Assembly: GCA_963666205.1 (NCBI GenBank)
Contig: OY762654.1
Location: forward strand, 96,001 to 160,000
Source of the DNA: Synergistales bacterium
Lineage (GTDB): Bacteria > Synergistota > Synergistia > Synergistales > JAFGMB01
Direction: 5' to 3'
Length of the DNA: 64,000 nt
Both the position numbers and the translations under genes were made by a program. This document shows positions 58,702 to 64,000 of the stretch, piece after piece (positions within the stretch are counted from its first letter, which is position 1; each line of letters begins with the position of its first letter). Below the pieces are notes generated by a model, which searched no databases, was not told where the DNA came from, and was given only the letters and a program-made list of their open reading frames with translations.

Positions 58702-59664
58702 TCAACCCGGTAAAACTTTTTTTTGATCTGTTGCAAGCTGGATAGCATTGGAAAAAAGCGAAAAGAAATTCTGGTTTTCATGGACGTGATTTTCGTATAC
58801 CTGTCTCACTACATCTGAATCGTCTCTGATCTGATGTCTGAGTTCTTCAATGGTTTTGAAAGCAAGTTCTCCTCTTAACCTTTTCAAAAAAACCAGATGA
58901 ATTGTTCTGCCATAAATATCACCGATAAAATCTAGTATATGTGCTTCGATACGAAGTTTTTCCAATGTGGCAAAAGTTGGGTTATATCCTATATTCACTG
59001 CTGAGGGCCACCATTTATCATCTATAAAGACTGCCGAGGCATAAACTCCTTCAGCAGGTACTGCCTTATGGGGATCCCGGTAAAGATTAGCTGTAGGATA
59101 TCCCAGTTTTCTTCCCCGCATATCCCCTTTTATTACCTTGCCTGTGATAAAGAAATCATAACCCAGCAGATTACTGGCCTTCATAACTTCTCCGCAACTT
59201 ACAAGTCCTCTTATCATGGTACTGCTTATTATTGTCCCAGATACTTTAATTGGTGAAACATGGGAGAAAAACAGGTCTTTTCTTGAAGCATAATTCTGGA
59301 GAAAATCTATATTTCCTGTTCTCCCGCGGCCGAATCTGAAATTATCTCCTACGACGATACCTGATAATGGAAAATCCCTTGAGATCTTATCAAGGAATTG
59401 CTCAGGCTGAAGACTGGCAAGTTTCTCATTGAAAGGAATGGTAATAACTTGTGTAATATCAAGGTATCTTGATATTACAGTCTTTTCTTCTTCAGTAAAA
59501 AGAAGTTTTGCTTTTTCAGGAGAGAAAATAAGGTTTGGGTGGGGTGTAAAAGTCATCACTGCCCAGCTAGTGCCAGATCTAAGGGCAAGTTTTTTCGCTT
59601 CTTTAAAAAGCGACTGGTGACCTTTATGAAAACCATCAAATGATCCAAGGACAACTATCATCAT
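58702..59664 (-). CDS. ribF: Bifunctional riboflavin kinase / FAD synthetase
   Basis: G.FDG.H.GHQ, TF.PHP, VGDNFRFG, ISST.IR, G..RGRKLGYPTAN, GVYA, NIG.NPT, IEAHI. Confidence 0.96.
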   Translation of the reverse strand: MMIVVLGSFDGFHKGHQSLFKEAKKLALRSGTSWAVMTFTPHPNLIFSPEKAKLLFTEEEKTVISRYLDITQVITIPFNEKLASLQPEQFLDKISRDFPLSGIVVGDNFRFGRGRTGNIDFLQNYASRKDLFFSHVSPIKVSGTIISSTMIRGLVSCGEVMKASNLLGYDFFITGKVIKGDMRGRKLGYPTANLYRDPHKAVPAEGVYASAVFIDDKWWPSAVNIGYNPTFATLEKLRIEAHILDFIGDIYGRTIHLVFLKRLRGELAFKTIEELRHQIRDDSDVVRQVYENHVHENQNFFSLFSNAIQLATDQKKVLPG

Positions 59665-60584
59665 TTTTCTCCAGTCAGAAAAATGTTTGTCTTAGGTTTG
59701 ACAAATGCTTTATTATCTTGAGTCAGGATATTACCAAATGAAATAATATCATTTCCCTCCAATACGACTGAAAAAGAAGAAGGAATCCTGCCCCATCGTA
59801 TACGATGAAGGGTTTCAAGACTTACAGCATTACCGTTTCGGACAGTGTCGGTAAGAAATAAGGGTATCCTGTAACTTGTATATTCAGCAAGAACAGTTTC
59901 CATCGGTTGGACTACACCAGGTATAGATTGACTGTCCAGTTCATCAAGGTTATGGATACAGTTGGGATTGCAAAGATCAAAGTTGCCGATTCTAGTTCTC
60001 GTGAGTCCTGAAACGTAGGCTCCGCATCCAAGAGACTTCCCGAGATCCCGAGCTAAACTGCGAATGTATGTACCTTTGTGACAATATACTCGAAGAAAGA
60101 TCTCACTGGCATAAGGACAGAGAGATCTTTCAATTCTCGAAATAGAAACAGGACGCGGTAATATCTTGAAATCCATGCCTTCTCTTGACATTCTGTGAGC
60201 TCTTTGACCGTCAATCTTTACGGCCGATATTTGTGGAGGTATCTGCATCCTGACTCCCTGAAATGAACGGATGGCCGCTTCCACGTTTTCAGGTAGAATT
60301 GAACCTATTCTGGTTCTGGCCAGAACGTTACCTGTGTAATCATCAGTATCAGTTTCCATACCTAGTACGATGCTCACTTCATAGATCTTGGGAAGTTCCA
60401 TCAGATACTGACTCAAACGGGTGGCTGCACCTATCAATACTATAAGTATTCCTCCAGCTGGGGAGTCCAGGGTACCAGCATGTCCAACCTTTATTCTTTT
60501 CCCAAGAATTGTTTTCACCCGGTTAACGCAATATGTGCTCCTGGTCCCGATCGGTTTATTCAGTACAATTATCCCTGACAGCAT
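59661..60584 (-). CDS. truB: tRNA pseudouridine(55) synthase (start adjusted to MLSGII; ORF track 60716)
   Basis: NKP.G.RS, KVGHAGTLD, LG.ETDT.D..G, Q.PP..SAVK..G, C.KGTYIRSLARD.G. Confidence 0.95.
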   Translation of the reverse strand: MLSGIIVLNKPIGTRSTYCVNRVKTILGKRIKVGHAGTLDSPAGGILIVLIGAATRLSQYLMELPKIYEVSIVLGMETDTDDYTGNVLARTRIGSILPENVEAAIRSFQGVRMQIPPQISAVKIDGQRAHRMSREGMDFKILPRPVSISRIERSLCPYASEIFLRVYCHKGTYIRSLARDLGKSLGCGAYVSGLTRTRIGNFDLCNPNCIHNLDELDSQSIPGVVQPMETVLAEYTSYRIPLFLTDTVRNGNAVSLETLHRIRWGRIPSSFSVVLEGNDIISFGNILTQDNKAFVKPKTNIFLTGEK

Positions 60585-61566
60585 ATCTTTTCGAGATTTC
60601 CTCCAGAATCTGGCGCTTCGCCATTTCAAGATCCATTTCCAGGGTACAACCCGCTGCTGGAATGTGACCTCCCCCGCCAAAGATCTGCGCGATCTCACGG
60701 GCCGAGATCTTTCCACAAGATCTGAGGCTTATTCGTACCTTTTCTTTTTCCTGAACGAATAGCACAGCAAAATCGATGTTTTTAAGGAAAAGGAATCTGC
60801 TTACGAGATTCTCTGTGTCTGTTTGATCTGCTCTTGTTTCCAGAAAGTCCTCTGTTCTGAGCCAAGAAAATATACATGTTTTGTGAATTCTGGTAGCCCT
60901 GGAAAATGCCCGTCCCCAGAGATACAAGGCAGAAAGAGTCTGATTCTGGAATATCAGCTGATTCATTCTGGCTGGATCAACACCACAAGAAATAAGATTG
61001 GCCGCCGCCAAGTGAGTGGTTTCTGATGTATTGGGATATGAAAACTTTCCACAGTCGGTAATTATAGCAGTATAAAGAGCCTCCGCCATTTGTTTTGTTA
61101 TCGGTATCATATTTTCTGTGAAAAATCTCCACATAATTTCCCCGGTTGATGAACTTTGAGGATCAACATGGACTAAATTGCCATACCTGGAATTGTCACC
61201 ATGGTGATCTATATTTATAACAAGTCGTGGGGATAGTGGTCCTTTTGAGTCTAAACCGGGAACAGATCGGTCAATATTACTGGTGTCCAGGACAACAGCG
61301 ATATAACTTTCATTGATCTGCAGATCAGAAACATTGAAAAGTCTCACATAATTGTCAGACAATGACAGATACGAATATGAAGGGGGGAAGTTATCAGCTC
61401 CACCCCAGTAAACCGTTTTCCCTGCATCTCTTCCGAACTGAGCAAGCGCACTGGCAGATCCAAGGGTATCTCCATCAGGTTTAATATGACTAATGATCAA
61501 CCAGGTTCCGAAGGTTTCGAGATAATCATATATCTTCTTCAGTACATTCCAGCTCTGCATTTTCAA
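60556..61566 (-). CDS. nrnA: DHH/DHHA1 phosphoesterase (nanoRNase/pAp phosphatase NrnA-like)
   Basis: H..PDGD..GS, IDHH, SST.E, LY.AI.TD.G.F, SLRS, FGGGGH..AAG. Confidence 0.9.
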   Translation of the reverse strand: MKMQSWNVLKKIYDYLETFGTWLIISHIKPDGDTLGSASALAQFGRDAGKTVYWGGADNFPPSYSYLSLSDNYVRLFNVSDLQINESYIAVVLDTSNIDRSVPGLDSKGPLSPRLVINIDHHGDNSRYGNLVHVDPQSSSTGEIMWRFFTENMIPITKQMAEALYTAIITDCGKFSYPNTSETTHLAAANLISCGVDPARMNQLIFQNQTLSALYLWGRAFSRATRIHKTCIFSWLRTEDFLETRADQTDTENLVSRFLFLKNIDFAVLFVQEKEKVRISLRSCGKISAREIAQIFGGGGHIPAAGCTLEMDLEMAKRQILEEISKRYAVRDNCTE

Positions 61567-61924
61567 CTATGGTTTTCTCCAACTGTTCTTCCAGGATACT
61601 ATCCAGTATCTTGTCAATTTCTCTTCCATATTCTTCACTGGTATCGATTCTGAAATGGAGCTCAGGTATCTGTCTTAAATGAAGTTGTTTCCCAAGCATT
61701 CCTCTGATCGACCCAGTTATCTTTTTAAGAGCCCTATGTACATCCCTCCGAATTTCTGTGTCCAGAGTGGTAAAGTACACTAATGCATGTCCAAGATCTC
61801 TGGAACAGTCAACGCCTGTTATGATGGCGAGTCTGGCGGTTTCATTCTTGATCCTGTACTCTAAAAGCAGAGAAATCTCCCTCTGAATCTGTTTGTTGAT
61901 TCTCTGCATACGAAAAGTCGTCAT
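61526..61924 (-). CDS. rbfA: Ribosome-binding factor A
   Basis: R..RI...I.REIS, IT.V..S.DL..A.VY, LR..PEL.F..D.S.EYG..I. Confidence 0.93.
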   Translation of the reverse strand: MTTFRMQRINKQIQREISLLLEYRIKNETARLAIITGVDCSRDLGHALVYFTTLDTEIRRDVHRALKKITGSIRGMLGKQLHLRQIPELHFRIDTSEEYGREIDKILDSILEEQLEKTIVENAELECTEEDI

Positions 61925-62237
61925 AACTATCTACCTCTTGCCTGTGACTTAATATCTCAAATTCTGAATCTGATTCGAGTCTTTCTACAAATGCATATAT
62001 CAGACTCATACGCCTGTTTACCATTGCCACTGTTGTTCCAACCCCTGAAAAGGCCAGTAGCGCTTGAGATCGAGATCCTGACGGCCCCAGATCCATAGCA
62101 GAAACGTTCCATCTTTTTATTACCCTGTCAATGATGGAACGTACTACCTGTCTTCTATCTTTAAGACTCCTGCTAAAACTGATCCTTATGTTAATGATCA
62201 GTAAGCCTACATATGGAGTAATTTCCTGATGGATCAT
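61842..62237 (-). CDS. DUF503 (YlxP-like) protein
   Basis: VG.L...I....S.SLK..R.VV.SI......NVS motif; between infB and rbfA. Confidence 0.85.
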   Translation of the reverse strand: MIHQEITPYVGLLIINIRISFSRSLKDRRQVVRSIIDRVIKRWNVSAMDLGPSGSRSQALLAFSGVGTTVAMVNRRMSLIYAFVERLESDSEFEILSHRQEVDSYDDFSYAENQQTDSEGDFSAFRVQDQE

Positions 62238-64000
62238 TATTCCAGATATCTCTTCTCCTCTACCAGTTCATAGGCTTCAATTATGTCTCCCTCTTTAAAA
62301 TCCTGGAAGTTATAAAGACTTATGCCACATTCGTATCCAGCAGCTACTTCCTTGGCATCATCCTTAAACCTTCTGAGGTTAGAAAGAGTGCCCTGCCATG
62401 AAACGATGCCATTACGAATGATTCGTACCTTGGAATTCCGGCGTATGACACCATCAATGACATAACAACCAGCAATCTTGCCAGCTTTGGGTATCTTGAA
62501 TACTTCCCGGATTTCTGCCTGTCCGGTAATCTCTTCCCTTACAAGAGGTTTCAACATACCTTCAAGAGCTGCAGTAATGTCATCTATGACATCATAGATG
62601 ACATCATAAGTTCTTATCTGAACTCCTTCACATTCAGCCAGTTTTTTTGCTTTCGAATCAGGTCTGACATTAAAAGCAATAATAATAGCATTAGAGGCAG
62701 TTGCCAGCATGACATCAGATTCGGAAATGCGTCCTACGCCTTTATGTATAAATGTCATTCCGACTTCATTGGTAGCCAGCTTCTGTAACGATGACTCAAG
62801 TGCTTCTACAGACCCCTGTACATCACATTTCAGGACAAGATTAAGTTGCGGAACTACTCCTTCCTGCATCTGAACATACAGCTCTTCAAGAGTAAGTCTT
62901 TTAACATTTCCACATTCTTCCTGTCGCCGTTCCTGATCTTTTTGAGAAATTGCATCGCGAGCGATCTTTTCATTGTCAACTCTGGTAAAAGCTTCGCCTG
63001 GTTGTGGTACCCCATTGAGACCAAGAAGTTCTACCGGAGTGCTTGGGCCAGCTACTTTAATCTGGTTGCCCTGGTAATCGAGCATAGCCCTTATCTTACC
63101 CCATGTAGTATCTAGAAGAAGAATATCTCCCTGGTTCAGAGTACCTTGTTTTACTATCACTGTGGCAACAGGCCCTTTGCCCTTATCGAGTTTAGCTTCG
63201 ATAACTATACCCTCTGGCGCGATACCCGCATCAGCTTTGAGTTCTTCTACTTCTGCTACAAGGAGGATCATTTCAAGGAGGTGATCAACGCCCAGCCCGC
63301 TTTTAGCTGAAACATCGACCATTATGGTATCTCCACCCCATTCTTCAGGGGTCAGACCATGGTCTGAAAGTTGTTGTCTTACCCTGTCTGGTCTCGCATT
63401 TGGTTTGTCTATTTTATTCACAGCGACTACTATAGGTACTCCTGCCGCCTTGGCATGATTGATCGCTTCCAGAGTCTGAGGCATTACTCCATCATCTGCG
63501 GCCACCACAAGAATAGCAATATCAGTGACCTGTGTACCTCTAGCTCTCATAGAAGTAAAAGCTTCATGTCCAGGAGTGTCTAGAAAAACAATTTCCTTCT
63601 CTTCAAGAAAAACCTTTGAAGCTCCTATGTGCTGGGTGATACCGCCAGCTTCCCTGGATGTAATATTTGTATCCCTTATAAAATCAAGCAGGGTTGTTTT
63701 TCCATGGTCAACATGTCCCATAACTGTAACAATTGGTGAGCGGGGCTGAAGGTTATTGCCCTTAAATACCGTCCGTTTCATTTTGGGAGTCTCTTCACTT
63801 TGTTCTACAACTGCATTAACAAGATCGAAGTCTTTACAGAAGGCTTCTGAAAGAACCAGTAATATTTCCTCATTGACCGAGGCGCTTGCAGGGACCATGA
63901 ACCCAGCATCCACAAGTTCTTTAACTGCTTCAGCAGGTGTAACACCAAGCATTTCTGAAACATCTCTTACAGTCGAACCTTTTGTAACTTTCAAAACCTC
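62237..64000 (-). CDS. infB: Translation initiation factor IF-2, 3' part (5' end outside window)
   Basis: [63 protein letters not shown]. Confidence 0.98.
   Translation of the reverse strand, partial: EVLKVTKGSTVRDVSEMLGVTPAEAVKELVDAGFMVPASASVNEEILLVLSEAFCKDFDLVNAVVEQSEETPKMKRTVFKGNNLQPRSPIVTVMGHVDHGKTTLLDFIRDTNITSREAGGITQHIGASKVFLEEKEIVFLDTPGHEAFTSMRARGTQVTDIAILVVAADDGVMPQTLEAINHAKAAGVPIVVAVNKIDKPNARPDRVRQQLSDHGLTPEEWGGDTIMVDVSAKSGLGVDHLLEMILLVAEVEELKADAGIAPEGIVIEAKLDKGKGPVATVIVKQGTLNQGDILLLDTTWGKIRAMLDYQGNQIKVAGPSTPVELLGLNGVPQPGEAFTRVDNEKIARDAISQKDQERRQEECGNVKRLTLEELYVQMQEGVVPQLNLVLKCDVQGSVEALESSLQKLATNEVGMTFIHKGVGRISESDVMLATASNAIIIAFNVRPDSKAKKLAECEGVQIRTYDVIYDVIDDITAALEGMLKPLVREEITGQAEIREVFKIPKAGKIAGCYVIDGVIRRNSKVRIIRNGIVSWQGTLSNLRRFKDDAKEVAAGYECGISLYNFQDFKEGDIIEAYELVEEKRYLE

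Overview
Core-chromosome segment of an anaerobic bacterium, about 40% GC. It most likely belongs to Synergistota; this is an inference from the RpiB-Upp fusion, the amino-acid-fermentation genes and the gene order. Almost all genes lie on the minus strand. Read in transcription direction (right to left): infB(partial)-DUF503-rbfA-nrnA-truB-ribF, tRNA-Arg(CCT), DUF1850-TRAP(4TM/12TM), ileS-dksA-like-rluD, rqcH (+), a seven-tRNA operon, a DUF3798 ABC importer, tRNA-Leu, tig-clpP-clpX-lon-engB-valS-folC-pgeF-Gfo/Idh/MocA, a split methylmalonyl-CoA mutase plus meaB, a GC-rich Na+-pumping decarboxylase cassette (mmdA-D-C-B), rpiB::upp-wecA-wecB-murA-hisC-like-ATPase/Asp23-udg-uppS-cdsA-dxr-rseP-ispG, pdaD-like-speE, arcA, a small Zn-ribbon gene, nikR (+), a C-N hydrolase, nadE-yebC-ruvCAB-DUF2905-spoIID-queA(partial). 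I found no rRNA, CRISPR array, transposase or integrase. The most notable observations are: (1) an unannotated Zn-ribbon gene whose TGA sits in a C-S-S-[TGA]-G motif followed by a SECIS-like hairpin, a candidate selenoprotein; (2) two full-length enzyme homologues that have lost their catalytic residues (HisC-like and PdaD-like); (3) a compositionally foreign mmd cassette joined to the mutase operon where the epimerase gene would be expected; (4) an orphan TAXI-TRAP transporter next to a decayed region at a tRNA 3' end. All family assignments come from recognising motifs by eye, not from database searches.
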